Of a stretch of 64,000 nucleotides of DNA, positions 28,894 to 38,680 are shown in pieces. Below the pieces are notes generated by a model. It worked only from the letters and a program-made list of their open reading frames with translations, was not told the DNA's origin and did no database searches. The position numbers and the translations under genes are program-made. Within the stretch, counting starts at the first letter, position 1. The number at the start of each line of letters is the position of its first letter. This DNA comes from an uncultured Verrucomicrobiae bacterium (GTDB taxonomy: Bacteria; Verrucomicrobiota; Verrucomicrobiia; Chthoniobacterales; Terrimicrobiaceae): contig CAVPOC010000001.1 in assembly GCA_963706955.1 (NCBI GenBank), positions 173,610 to 237,609 of the forward strand. The letters are read 5' to 3'.

Positions 28894-29775
28894 ATGCTTA
28901 TCTCTTTCGGATTCGACATCGCGCTTCGTCTCGAATCCGAGGCGACCGTGCTTTTCTACCTCAAGCTGCATCCCTCGCGCTTTCACGATCTCGTTAGCCC
29001 GGAGCAATTTGAGATCCAACCCAAGTATCACTTCGACGAGTTTCTAGACAACAATGGAAACCGTTGTGGTCGAGTTCATGGTAAGCCAGGAACGATCCGC
29101 TTCACCAATCGAGGAATAATCCGCGACAGTGGTGAGCTGGACCCCGTCGTTCCACACGCCCGGCAGGAAGAGATCTTCAAACTGCCAGAGGACGCCATGG
29201 TCTACTTGCTGCCGAGCCGCTATTGTGAATCGGATAGCGAACTTGCGGGCTTCGCCTGGGAGAAGTTTGGCTCAACGCCAGCCGGCTGGGAGCGTGTGCA
29301 GTCGATTTGCGACTTCGTCCATCAAAATGTCGAGTTCGACTATAGCAAGGCGAGATCAAATCGCACGGCGCTGGAGACCTTTCGCGAGCGCGTGGGTGTG
29401 TGTCGGGACTTTACCCATCTTGCCATCACGCTTTGCCGCTGTTTGAACATTCCCGCTCGCTATGTCAACGGCTACCTCGGCGACATCGGTGTTCCTCCGG
29501 CGCCGGATCCGATGGACTTTAGCGCCTGGATGGAGGTTTACCTCAACGGTCGGTGGTTTTCTTTCGATCCTCGCCACAATTGCAGAAGGATCGGGCGCAC
29601 CGTTATTGCTCGGGGTCGTGACGCCTGCGATGTGCCACTGACGATTTCCTTTGGCCAACATACGCTGGAAGCATTCTCCGTTGTGACGGAGGAGGTATCG
29701 GAAGAGCTCGCCTCTCAAAGCTCGCTGAACGTGCCCCGAGCCTCAGATCCTGAACGTATGGAAGTTGCCTCCTGA
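28894..29775 (+). CDS. Transglutaminase-like protein
   Basis: LPSRYC, GVCRDFTH, PARYVNGYL, DFSAWME, GRDACDV. Confidence 0.92.
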   Translation: MLISFGFDIALRLESEATVLFYLKLHPSRFHDLVSPEQFEIQPKYHFDEFLDNNGNRCGRVHGKPGTIRFTNRGIIRDSGELDPVVPHARQEEIFKLPEDAMVYLLPSRYCESDSELAGFAWEKFGSTPAGWERVQSICDFVHQNVEFDYSKARSNRTALETFRERVGVCRDFTHLAITLCRCLNIPARYVNGYLGDIGVPPAPDPMDFSAWMEVYLNGRWFSFDPRHNCRRIGRTVIARGRDACDVPLTISFGQHTLEAFSVVTEEVSEELASQSSLNVPRASDPERMEVAS

Positions 29776-29780
29776 CGGAG

Positions 29781-30224
29781 TCAGGTTTCCGGAGTTTGCT
29801 TCGGCGGTTTTTCTCGTTTCGGCCTGGCGGGTTTGCGCCGTTTCAGCTCGCCTCGTGCCTGCGCGGCAAGCTGCTCGTAGTCGGCCCGAATTCGATCCAG
29901 CTCGCTCTCCTCAAGATCCTCGAGATCAAGCAGGGCGTTGTGCGCGGTCTTATTCGAGCGAATGAGTTCGTCAAGCTTGACATGCATTGCCTCCGCGTCG
30001 CGATTTTGCGTGTTCTGAATAAGAAAAACCATCAGGAAGGTGATAATGGTGGTCCCCGTATTTATGATGAGCTGCCAGGTATCGCTGAAATCGAAGAGCG
30101 GTCCTGATATCGCCCAGAGAACCAATGTTGCAAAAGCGATGGTAAATGCAGCGGGCCGCCCGACCGCCCGTGAGGCCCATTTAGCGAATCGGGTGAAAGA
30201 GAAAGGATTCTTTGTCACGCTCAT
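29781..30224 (-). CDS. Low-affinity iron permease (Fet4-like) family protein
   Basis: FSDTWQLIINTGTTIITFLMVFLIQNTQNRD..KLDELI. Confidence 0.92.
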   Translation of the reverse strand: MSVTKNPFSFTRFAKWASRAVGRPAAFTIAFATLVLWAISGPLFDFSDTWQLIINTGTTIITFLMVFLIQNTQNRDAEAMHVKLDELIRSNKTAHNALLDLEDLEESELDRIRADYEQLAAQARGELKRRKPARPKREKPPKQTPET

Positions 30225-30400
30225 AACGATATATTGGAGGGAACATCGCGGAATCGAACCTGCAATCAAGACTGCGTGTTTCTTGGAGGTGATAACCATC
30301 GCCTGCCCGGAGCTGCGCCCTTTTTTTTGCCCGGCACGAAGAAAGCGCGGCCGAAAAGTTCTTTACGCTCGGCGCCTCTGCGCCATACGATCCCGTCCGT

Positions 30401-30823
30401 ATGAAGCGCAAAGGATCTGCTGTTTGGAGAGGTGGTATAAAGACTGGGGAAGGAACTGTGTCAACGGAGAGCGGAGTGCTTTCCAACGTGGGTTATTCCT
30501 TCGCAAAACGATTCGGCGACGAACCCGGCACCAACCCGGAAGAATTGATCGGCGCCGCTCATGCCGGCTGTTTCTCCATGGCCTTTTCCGGGCAACTCGG
30601 TGCGGCTGGTTTCGAGGCCGAGAAGATCGAAACCACCGCCACGGTCACTGTTGAGCCAGTCGAGGGAGGCTTTGCCATCACCAAGGTGCACCTCGATGTC
30701 CAAGCGACCGTCCCAAACCTCGACGAAAGCAAGTTCCAGGAAATCGCCAAGCAGGCCAAGGAAGGATGTCCAGTTTCCAAGTTGCTCAAGGCTGACATCA
30801 CCATTGACGCCAAGCTTGCCTGA
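30401..30823 (+). CDS. osmC: OsmC peroxiredoxin
   Basis: GTNPEELIGAAHAGCFSMA and AKEGCPVS. Confidence 0.95.
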   Translation: MKRKGSAVWRGGIKTGEGTVSTESGVLSNVGYSFAKRFGDEPGTNPEELIGAAHAGCFSMAFSGQLGAAGFEAEKIETTATVTVEPVEGGFAITKVHLDVQATVPNLDESKFQEIAKQAKEGCPVSKLLKADITIDAKLA

Positions 30824-30840
30824 CAAAGGGCGCAGCTGTC

Positions 30841-31023
30841 GTGAAAGAGCCATCGAATTCTAAGAATACGGTGGATCCGGCGATCCCCGCAGGCAAGGCA
30901 GCCGGCAACCTCAGCGAAAATCAAAAGAGAGCTTTGGAACTGGCTGAGCGCGCGGAGCACGCGATCGGCCGCAAGCGGGAAGCCCTGCAGAAGGAAGCGC
31001 GCCGAAAAGCCGAGGACGGCTGA
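30841..31023 (+). CDS. Small charged hypothetical protein
   Basis: 60-aa ORF filling the gap between osmC and DUF72 on the same strand; no motif. Confidence 0.35.
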   Translation: MKEPSNSKNTVDPAIPAGKAAGNLSENQKRALELAERAEHAIGRKREALQKEARRKAEDG

Positions 31024-31069
31024 CGCATGGGCTCCGATCACCAGGAGCAATCCCGATCGGCGATCTTCT

Positions 31070-31987
31070 TTGGGTAAGTTCGGGGTGAGGTCGAGAATCC
31101 GCGTCGGAATCTCCGGCTGGAGGTATTCCGGCTGGCGTGGTCGGTTCTACCCGAACGGACTGGCCCAGAAGCGCGAACTCGAGTATGCATCCCGACAGGT
31201 CAACTCGATCGAGATCAACGGGTCCTTCTATTCTCTGCAGAGACCGGAGAATTACCATGCCTGGCACGAAGCGACTCCCGCGGATTTTGTTTTTTCCGTC
31301 AAGGCGAGCCGATTTCTCACGCACATGAGGCGGCTGAAGGACGCGGACACGGCGCTGGCAAACTTTCTCGCCTCTGGGATCTTGCGCCTGCGCGAAAAGC
31401 TCGGTCCGATCTTGTGGCAATTGCCTCCAAATTTTGCCTACGACCGCGCGCGCCTGGAATCTTTTTTCCGATTGCTCCCGCGGACCACGACGGCAGCGGC
31501 TGGCCTCGCGTGCCAGCACGATGCAAAGGTGGCGGGGCGGGCGTGGACAAAGGCAGAGTCCGTGTGTCCATTGCGTCACGCCTTGGAAGTGCGTCATCCC
31601 TCTTTCGAGAATCGCGATTTCATTACGCTTTTGCGCGAACAGAATATCGCCCTGGTCGTGGCAGATACGGCTGGGAAATGGCCGTTTTTTGAGGACGCGA
31701 CTAGCGACTTTGTTTACGTGCGCTTGCATGGAGACACAGAGCTGTACGTCAGTGGCTATACGCCCTCTGCGCTGGAGAGTTGGGCGAGGAAGGTCCGCAG
31801 CTGGGCGGCTGGGCGAACTCCCGCCGGCGCCAAGCTAGTTGCGCCGCGACCGCACCCTCAATCACGAGGGCGCGATGTCTTTGTTTACTTTGACAACGAT
31901 GCCAAAGTCCACGCTCCTTTCGACGCGATATCGCTTATGCGTCGATTATGCATAGGGTCGCCGGGCTCCGGCGGAACAGAGTTATAG
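31070..31987 (+). CDS. DUF72 (YecE-like) protein
   Basis: GISGWRY, IEINGSFY, LWQLPP, YVRLHG, YFDND. Confidence 0.93.
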   Translation: MGKFGVRSRIRVGISGWRYSGWRGRFYPNGLAQKRELEYASRQVNSIEINGSFYSLQRPENYHAWHEATPADFVFSVKASRFLTHMRRLKDADTALANFLASGILRLREKLGPILWQLPPNFAYDRARLESFFRLLPRTTTAAAGLACQHDAKVAGRAWTKAESVCPLRHALEVRHPSFENRDFITLLREQNIALVVADTAGKWPFFEDATSDFVYVRLHGDTELYVSGYTPSALESWARKVRSWAAGRTPAGAKLVAPRPHPQSRGRDVFVYFDNDAKVHAPFDAISLMRRLCIGSPGSGGTEL

Positions 31988-32412
31988 AGGTTCTACGTCA
32001 AGTCGATCTGGCAGACTGCTCCGCCAAGTTGGTAATCGAGAACGCATCTTCGCTTAGTCTTTCGGCTGGCGGCGCAGCGCCAATTTCGCCGCAGTCGCGT
32101 CTCATCGACGAATCCGGTCCTGCCGGCCCCTCCCGTAACGAATTCTGCGAGCTAAGCCATTTGCTCACGCAGAATTTGGATACATTTCCTATCGGGTGTT
32201 CGCCGAGCCAAGCCGGCGCAGTGGTTGCACGCGCTCGCTAATGTAAACGGCCGTCGGGTGGCCGTTCTTTCACCCGGCAGCCTCGCCGGTTCGGGCCCAA
32301 TTCGAAGCACGTGCTCAAGTCGCACTGAGAAGATCGGGTAGACAAATATAACCCCTGGATGAATCCGCCGCTGCCTTAAGGGCGTAGAGACCATCAGACA
32401 GGTTTTCGTTAT

Positions 32413-33954
32413 ATGAGTGCTTCCGTCGTTGTCATCGGCGCCGGTCCTGGGGGCTTGGCGGCTGCGATTTTGCTGGCCAATGCCGGGCTGCGGGTGAAGG
32501 TGATTGAGCGGCTTAGTGTGGTGGGCGGACGCACCTCCGCGATTTCCGCTGGCGGATTCAAGTTCGATTTGGGCCCGACTTTTTTTCTTTTTCCGCGCGT
32601 CTTGGAGGAGATCTTTGCCGCGGCTGGAGCGAGTTTGCGGAGCGAGGTGGAGATGGTGCGGTTGGATCCGCAGTATCGGATCGTTTTTGGTCAAGGCGGA
32701 GAGCTGGATGCGACCGCAGAGGTTTCGCAGATGGAGGCTCAGATTGCGCAGCTGAGTCTAGAGGACGCGGGCGGGTTTCGGCGCTTCCTCGACGAGAATC
32801 GTGTCAAGCTTCGGCGGATGCAGCCATGTTTGGAGTCTCCATTCCTTGGTTGGCGCGACATTTTCAACGTCCGGCTCTTAAAGATGCTGCCGATGCTGCG
32901 GCCTCATCAGTCGATAGACACCTATCTGAAGCGGTTCTTTCGTGATCCGCGCATTCGTCTGGCTTTCTCGTTTCAGTCGAAGTATCTGGGCATGTCGCCG
33001 TTTCGGTGCCCGAGTCTCTTCTCCATTCTTTCATTCATTGAGTACGAGTATGGAGTTTTCCACCCGATCGGAGGCTGCTCGGCGATAACCGCGGCCATGG
33101 CGAGGCTCGCCAGGCGCCTTGGCGTCGAGATCCGGCTTGGTGAACCGGTCGAGGAAATTGTTGTCCGAGGGCGGCGCGCTATCGGCGTACGCACCGCTGC
33201 GGGTGTAGAGTTGGCGAGCGCGATTGTCTTAAATGCTGACTTTGCTCGGGCGATGTCCCGCTTGGTTCCGGATCGTGTGCGTCGTCGCTGGACGAATCGC
33301 AAGATCGACGGGAAGAAGTTCTCGTGCTCGACGTTCATGATGTATCTGGGCATCGAGGGCTGTTTCGATCTTCCGCATCACAATATTCACATCGCGAGGG
33401 ATTATGCGCGCAACCTCGATGAGATTGAGAACCGGCATGTTCTCTCTGAGGACCCTTCCTTCTATGTGCAGAATGCCAGCGTGACCGATCCAACCCTGTC
33501 CCCACGTGGCATGAGCACTCTTTACGTGCTCGCTCCGGTAACCCACCAACATCCAAATGTAAATTGGTTGCGGGAACATGGCCGTTTTCGAGCCCTGATG
33601 CTCCGGCAAATTGCCAAGGCGGGATTTACTGACGTCGAGCGGCGCATCCGTTTTGAGCGACTGATCACGCCTGCCGACTGGGATAGCCGATACGAGATCC
33701 ATCGCGGAGCGACATTCAACCTCGCACACAGCCTTGGTCAGATGCTGCATCTGCGCCCGCGCAATCGTTTCGAAGACCTGGACGGTGTCTACCTTGTCGG
33801 AGGGGGCACGCATCCCGGGAGCGGTCTTCCGGTGATCTTCGAGTCGGCGCGGATAAGCTCGCGCTTGCTCCTCGCAGATCTCGGCCTGGCCTCAGCCGGG
33901 TGCTTTGCGCCCGCTCGCCAGCCGGTTGCTGAAACGCTTCAGATGGCTCAATGA
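32413..33954 (+). CDS. crtN: Phytoene-desaturase family, CrtN-like
   Basis: GAGPGG, VGGR, FDLGPT, FQSKYLGMSP, YLVGGGTHPGSGLP. Confidence 0.85.
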   Translation: MSASVVVIGAGPGGLAAAILLANAGLRVKVIERLSVVGGRTSAISAGGFKFDLGPTFFLFPRVLEEIFAAAGASLRSEVEMVRLDPQYRIVFGQGGELDATAEVSQMEAQIAQLSLEDAGGFRRFLDENRVKLRRMQPCLESPFLGWRDIFNVRLLKMLPMLRPHQSIDTYLKRFFRDPRIRLAFSFQSKYLGMSPFRCPSLFSILSFIEYEYGVFHPIGGCSAITAAMARLARRLGVEIRLGEPVEEIVVRGRRAIGVRTAAGVELASAIVLNADFARAMSRLVPDRVRRRWTNRKIDGKKFSCSTFMMYLGIEGCFDLPHHNIHIARDYARNLDEIENRHVLSEDPSFYVQNASVTDPTLSPRGMSTLYVLAPVTHQHPNVNWLREHGRFRALMLRQIAKAGFTDVERRIRFERLITPADWDSRYEIHRGATFNLAHSLGQMLHLRPRNRFEDLDGVYLVGGGTHPGSGLPVIFESARISSRLLLADLGLASAGCFAPARQPVAETLQMAQ

Positions 33955-35231
33955 ATACTTGCGTAAGCCAAACCGTTGAAAAGCGGAATTTCGGCGTAGC
34001 TGAACGGGCGGCTCAAGAGAGGTGGGCGGCGTTGCCGGTCGCCCGCCGTCTAGACTTTGTTCGCCATCTCCGGCAACTGATCGCCGAAGACCCCCAAGCT
34101 CTGGCGGGTGCTGCCTCTCGGGCGACGGGCCGTCCGGTTGCGGAGAAGCTCGTTTCCGAAGTCCTGCCGCTGGTGGACGCGTGTCGATGGCTCGAGCGTC
34201 GGGCAGAACGCGTTCTCTCTACCCGGGTTTGCGGACGAAGTGGGCGACCACTCTGGCTACATGGGGTGTCCTTCGAAGTCCAGCGAAAGCCTCTTGGCAC
34301 CGTGCTTGTCATCGGCCCTGGAAATTACCCCCTCTTCCTTCCAGCAGTCCAAGCGCTCCACGCATTGACCGCTGGCAACGCCGTTCTTCTCAAACCAGCG
34401 GCGGGCATGTCCACGCTTGCGGCACGGTTTGCTGAGCTCGCCTGGTCGGCCGGCCTTGACCGAAAGCTACTCACCCTTCTTCCCGATAGTGTTGAAGCCG
34501 CTCAGCAAGCAATTGCGGACAAAGTGATCTTCACCGGGTCCTCGACAAATGGGCGTGACGTTCTCTCGCGACTCGCATGCACCAATACCCCCGCGGTGGT
34601 CGAGCTTTCCGGCGAAGATGTGGTTCTCGTTCTTGCGGACGCGGATCAGGAGTTGGTCATCCGAGCCTTGAAATTTGGTGTGCGCTTGAATGCCGGTGCG
34701 AGCTGCATCGCACCGCGCAGAGTTATGGCGGTCGCGCCGCTCGCTGTCGATCTGTTCGCTCGGATGATAGACGAGGGGTTGGCCGACCTGGCTATGGAGG
34801 AGGCCGCTAACGACGAATCCGCCGTCACTCGGATCGCCGCGGGACCCTTCGGACTCGGCGTTTCCATCTTCTCACGCGACGTCTCGCGTGCCCGCTCTCT
34901 CGGGAGCCGGTTGGCCTGCGGCTTTGTTGTCGTGAACGATTTGATCGTGCCAACCGCAGACCCGCGCATGCCCTTCGGCGGGGTGAAGGCGAGTGGATTC
35001 GGAGTTACTCGCGGCGACGAAGGATTACTCGAGATGACCTATCCTCACGTCGTCGCGACGCGACGTGGCAAAATGCGGCCGCACTTCGACGAGCCTCACG
35101 AGGATGATGAACACCTCTTTTCCTCATATATCACGATGACCTACGGCCGACCGTCACTGCGTCTTACATCCCTGAGATCATTTATCAGGGCTGCGCTCCA
35201 TCGAGAGAAATCAAGAAAGGCCAAGTCATGA
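33951..35231 (+). CDS. Aldehyde dehydrogenase (carotenoid AldH-like), internally shortened
   Basis: IGPGNYP, LLKPA, FTGS, ELSGED, GASCIAP, PFGGVKASGFG; ATGA-coupled to crtN. Confidence 0.85.
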   Translation: MNTCVSQTVEKRNFGVAERAAQERWAALPVARRLDFVRHLRQLIAEDPQALAGAASRATGRPVAEKLVSEVLPLVDACRWLERRAERVLSTRVCGRSGRPLWLHGVSFEVQRKPLGTVLVIGPGNYPLFLPAVQALHALTAGNAVLLKPAAGMSTLAARFAELAWSAGLDRKLLTLLPDSVEAAQQAIADKVIFTGSSTNGRDVLSRLACTNTPAVVELSGEDVVLVLADADQELVIRALKFGVRLNAGASCIAPRRVMAVAPLAVDLFARMIDEGLADLAMEEAANDESAVTRIAAGPFGLGVSIFSRDVSRARSLGSRLACGFVVVNDLIVPTADPRMPFGGVKASGFGVTRGDEGLLEMTYPHVVATRRGKMRPHFDEPHEDDEHLFSSYITMTYGRPSLRLTSLRSFIRAALHREKSRKAKS

Positions 35232-36757
35232 AGCGAGTGGGTGTGGTCGGCGGCGGACTCGGTGGTTTGGCTTCGGCTTGTGTGCTGGCCGCCCGAGGTT
35301 ATGAAGTCCTCCTCTTCGAGCGCAATGGCTGGATTGGGGGAAAGGCCGCAGTTCTCGAAAGCGAGGGGTTCCGCTTCGACATGGGGCCGACGATTTTAAC
35401 GCTGCCGAGGGTGCTGGATAGAATTTTCCGCGAGGCCGGACGTGATCTCGCGGAGATGCTCGATCTGGTGCGACTTGATCCACAGTGGCGCTCCTTCTTC
35501 GACGACGGCTCGACTCTTGATCTCGTTGCGAATACCGCCGAGATGGTCGAGAAGCTTTCCACTTTCTCTGCGAAGCCGAAAGTTGCCCAGGGCTATCGAC
35601 GCTTCATGGCTCTCGCCGAAAGAATGCATCGCATCTCGGACCACTATTTTTTTTGGAAACCGGTCGGCGGTCTTCGCGACATGTTTGATGTGCGCGCGAC
35701 GTTTCAGCCGGGCATCCTCGGCGAGATCCTCGCTATGAAGCCGGGACGTTCGGTCGCGGGGGTTGTGCGTGCCCATATTCCGGATTCGCGCGTTAGTCAG
35801 ATGGTGGATCATTTTACGCAGTATGTCGGATCAGCCCCTGCCGCATCCCCAGCGGTTCTGTGCGGAATTGCGCATATGCAAACACGCGAGGGCGTTTGGT
35901 ACCCGATGGGTGGGACGGGCGCCATTCCGGAGGCGCTCGCGCGCTTGGCTGAGTCTCTTGGTGTCAAGGTCCGCAGCAACGTGCTCGTAGAGCGCATTGT
36001 CACGGCGAGCGGAGTGGTGAGCGGTTTGCGCTTGGGAGACGGCTCAGTCGTCAAGGTCGATGCGGTAGTGTCCAACTGCGATTCGGTGAGAACGTATCGC
36101 GAGTTGGTGGGGGGCGCCGCGGCAACTGCATTTGAGAAGCGGCGCACGTATGAACCGGCGTGCTCGGGTGTCGTCCTCTACCTGGGCTTGAAAAAACGGT
36201 ACGATCATCTCCTTCACCACAACTTCGTCTTTTCGCACGATCCCGATCTGGAATTTCAGGCCATTTATGGCAAGGGCCAGCCCGCTCCCGATCCCACCTG
36301 TTATGTGTGTGCTCCGGCCGCAACCGACCCCTCCGTGGCGCCCGCGGGCGGAGAAGCTCTCTATGTGCTGGTGCATACCCCTTATCTTCGCCCCGGTCAC
36401 GACTGGGCAAGGATGCTCCCCGAGTACCGCCGTGTGATCCTGGAAAAGCTGAAGCGCACCGCGCGAATGCGGGACATCGAATCCCGGATCGTTTGTGAAC
36501 ACGTGCTTACGCCCGCCGAGATCGATAGCCGCTATCGTGTGCTCAATGGCGCGATTTATGGACTGGCAAGCCATGGGCGTTTTCTCGGCGCGTTCAAGCC
36601 GGGCAATCGGAGCCCCGATGTGCGCGGTCTTTATCTTGCGGGCGGCGCAGCGCACCCCGGACCAGGGATGCCGATGGTCCTGATGTCAGGCTGGATTGCC
36701 GCGGATGCGCTCGATCGAGACGCTTCGGGGAAGAGCCGGCCGCATGCGAATGCCTGA
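35228..36757 (+). CDS. crtP: Phytoene-desaturase family, CrtP/CrtNb-like diapocarotenoid oxidase
   Basis: GGGLGG, IGGKA, FDMGPT, HFTQYVGSAP, EPACSG, GAIYG, HPGPGMPMV. Confidence 0.8.
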   Translation: MKRVGVVGGGLGGLASACVLAARGYEVLLFERNGWIGGKAAVLESEGFRFDMGPTILTLPRVLDRIFREAGRDLAEMLDLVRLDPQWRSFFDDGSTLDLVANTAEMVEKLSTFSAKPKVAQGYRRFMALAERMHRISDHYFFWKPVGGLRDMFDVRATFQPGILGEILAMKPGRSVAGVVRAHIPDSRVSQMVDHFTQYVGSAPAASPAVLCGIAHMQTREGVWYPMGGTGAIPEALARLAESLGVKVRSNVLVERIVTASGVVSGLRLGDGSVVKVDAVVSNCDSVRTYRELVGGAAATAFEKRRTYEPACSGVVLYLGLKKRYDHLLHHNFVFSHDPDLEFQAIYGKGQPAPDPTCYVCAPAATDPSVAPAGGEALYVLVHTPYLRPGHDWARMLPEYRRVILEKLKRTARMRDIESRIVCEHVLTPAEIDSRYRVLNGAIYGLASHGRFLGAFKPGNRSPDVRGLYLAGGAAHPGPGMPMVLMSGWIAADALDRDASGKSRPHANA

Positions 36758-37556
36758 ATCATCGATGACTCCAAGAGCGCTCCCGCGAGTGTCTGCCGTC
36801 GTCGTCAAGCTGTTTGCTGCTTACAGTCGCCGCTATATGCGGAGGCGATTCCACGCAATCCGAATTCTGAAGTGTCGTCCCCTCCGACCGGACATTTCTC
36901 GCGCACTGCTCATCTACCTCAACCATGCCTCCTGGTGGGATCCGCTGGTGTGTCTGGATCTTTCGCGAAGGTGGTTTCCAAATCGGAGTTCCTTTGCGCC
37001 CATGGACGCGGCTTCAGTCGAAAGATACAGAATTTTCAAGCAGATAGGAATCTATGCAGTCCAGCAGGACTCGACGCGCGGCGCGGCGGCGTTTCTACGC
37101 ACCACCTGCGCGATTTTGGGCGTCAAGCGCAACATGGTCTGGCTGACCCCTCAAGGCTGTTTCATGGATGTGCGAGCGCGCCCGATCCAGTTGCGGGGCG
37201 GCATCGGCGCGCTCGCCTCTCGAATGCCAGAGGTCGAGTTTCTTCCTCTGGCCATCGAGTACACGTTTTGGACGGAGCCGAGGCCTGAGGTGCTTATTTC
37301 ATTCGGTCGAGGCATCGTCCCCAGCAAAGAGGTTCGCCGAACCGATGCCGAATGGACGGGAGTGTTCGCCGAGGCGCTCCAGCATACGCAGGACGAATTG
37401 GCTCGCCACTCGTGTCGACGCGATCCGCGCGATTGGCTTCTGCTCGACAGAGGGGCTTCGGGGGTGGGTGCTATCTATGACGCCTGGTGCATGCTCCGCG
37501 CCCGCCTGAGCGGGACGGCTTTTGCGCGTGACCATCAGCCGGAGGAACGCACTTGA
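36744..37556 (+). CDS. PlsC-superfamily acyltransferase (putative glycosyl-carotenoid acyltransferase)
   Basis: NHASWWD, WLTPQG, EYTFW; operon context. Confidence 0.8.
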   Translation: MRMPESSMTPRALPRVSAVVVKLFAAYSRRYMRRRFHAIRILKCRPLRPDISRALLIYLNHASWWDPLVCLDLSRRWFPNRSSFAPMDAASVERYRIFKQIGIYAVQQDSTRGAAAFLRTTCAILGVKRNMVWLTPQGCFMDVRARPIQLRGGIGALASRMPEVEFLPLAIEYTFWTEPRPEVLISFGRGIVPSKEVRRTDAEWTGVFAEALQHTQDELARHSCRRDPRDWLLLDRGASGVGAIYDAWCMLRARLSGTAFARDHQPEERT

Positions 37557-38680
37557 TCGCCGCCCTTATCGGCTTTGTGTTGGCGTCGGCCACAGCAATT
37601 TTGTTCGTGCGCAATCTCGCACTCTACCGCCCGCCGCCGCACGCGCAGCGAAATCCTGCAGGGACTTCGGTGCTCATTCCTGCGCGGAATGAGGAGGCGA
37701 ATATTGGGCCTGCCGTGCGCTCGATTCTTGAAAGCACGGCTGCGCCTATTGAGGTGATCGTTCTCGACGATGCGTCGACTGATCGAACAGCGCAAATTGT
37801 TCGCGAGATCGCCAGGTCCGATCGCCGCGTGCGCATTGAAACCGCCCCGCCTCTTCCGCCGGGCTGGTGTGGAAAACAGCATGCCTGCGATGTGCTCGCC
37901 CGCCTCGCCTCGCATCCTATCCTAATCTTTGTTGATGCAGACGTGAGGTTGAAACCTGACGCCATTGCACGGATGACGGGGTTTCTCGAGCAAAGTGGTG
38001 CGGCGCTTGCCAGCGGCGTGCCCGAGCAGGTGACTCGCACTTCTTCGGAAAGGTTGCTCGTTCCCCTCATCCATTTTGTGCTCTTGGGATTTCTGCCGAT
38101 CCGGCGGATGCGAATCGATCCTCATCCGGCCTTCGGCGCAGGCTGCGGTCAGTTGTTTGTTGCGCTTCGCCACGCCTATCTCGCTTGCGGCGGACATCGA
38201 GCCATCCGGGACACGCTCCACGATGGCCCGAAGCTGCCGCGCGTCTTCCGATCAGCCGGGTTTCGGACCGATCTCTTTGACGCGACGGACATTGCCAGCT
38301 GTCGCATGTTTTCGACCGGAGCAGAGGTGTGGCGTGGACTCGCCAGAAATGCTGGCGAAGGCCTCGGCTCGCCGCGTCTGATCGGAATCGCGACGCTCCT
38401 TCTGTTCGGTGGTCAGGTCCTTCCGATCCTTTCGCTGGTCGCTGCCAGTGTGAACGGCTCCGCGTTTCAACTCGCATTGTCGCTGGCGGGCACTGGCGCG
38501 GCCTTGTTGCCTCGCGTGCTTGGTGTCTTTCGATTTCGGCAGCCCCTTGACGGAGCGCTCCTTCATCCGATTGGAATTTGTGCGCTCCTGGCGATTCAAT
38601 GGTTTGCCTTTTTCCGCTTGGTGGCCCGGCGACCCGCTATCTGGAAGGGCCGGGAGTATTTTCAAGCGGCCGCGAGGTGA
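37553..38680 (+). CDS. crtQ: GT2 glycosyltransferase, CrtQ-like
   Basis: IPARNEE, DDASTD, GWCGKQHAC, FVDADV, WKGR. Confidence 0.8.
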   Translation: MIAALIGFVLASATAILFVRNLALYRPPPHAQRNPAGTSVLIPARNEEANIGPAVRSILESTAAPIEVIVLDDASTDRTAQIVREIARSDRRVRIETAPPLPPGWCGKQHACDVLARLASHPILIFVDADVRLKPDAIARMTGFLEQSGAALASGVPEQVTRTSSERLLVPLIHFVLLGFLPIRRMRIDPHPAFGAGCGQLFVALRHAYLACGGHRAIRDTLHDGPKLPRVFRSAGFRTDLFDATDIASCRMFSTGAEVWRGLARNAGEGLGSPRLIGIATLLLFGGQVLPILSLVAASVNGSAFQLALSLAGTGAALLPRVLGVFRFRQPLDGALLHPIGICALLAIQWFAFFRLVARRPAIWKGREYFQAAAR

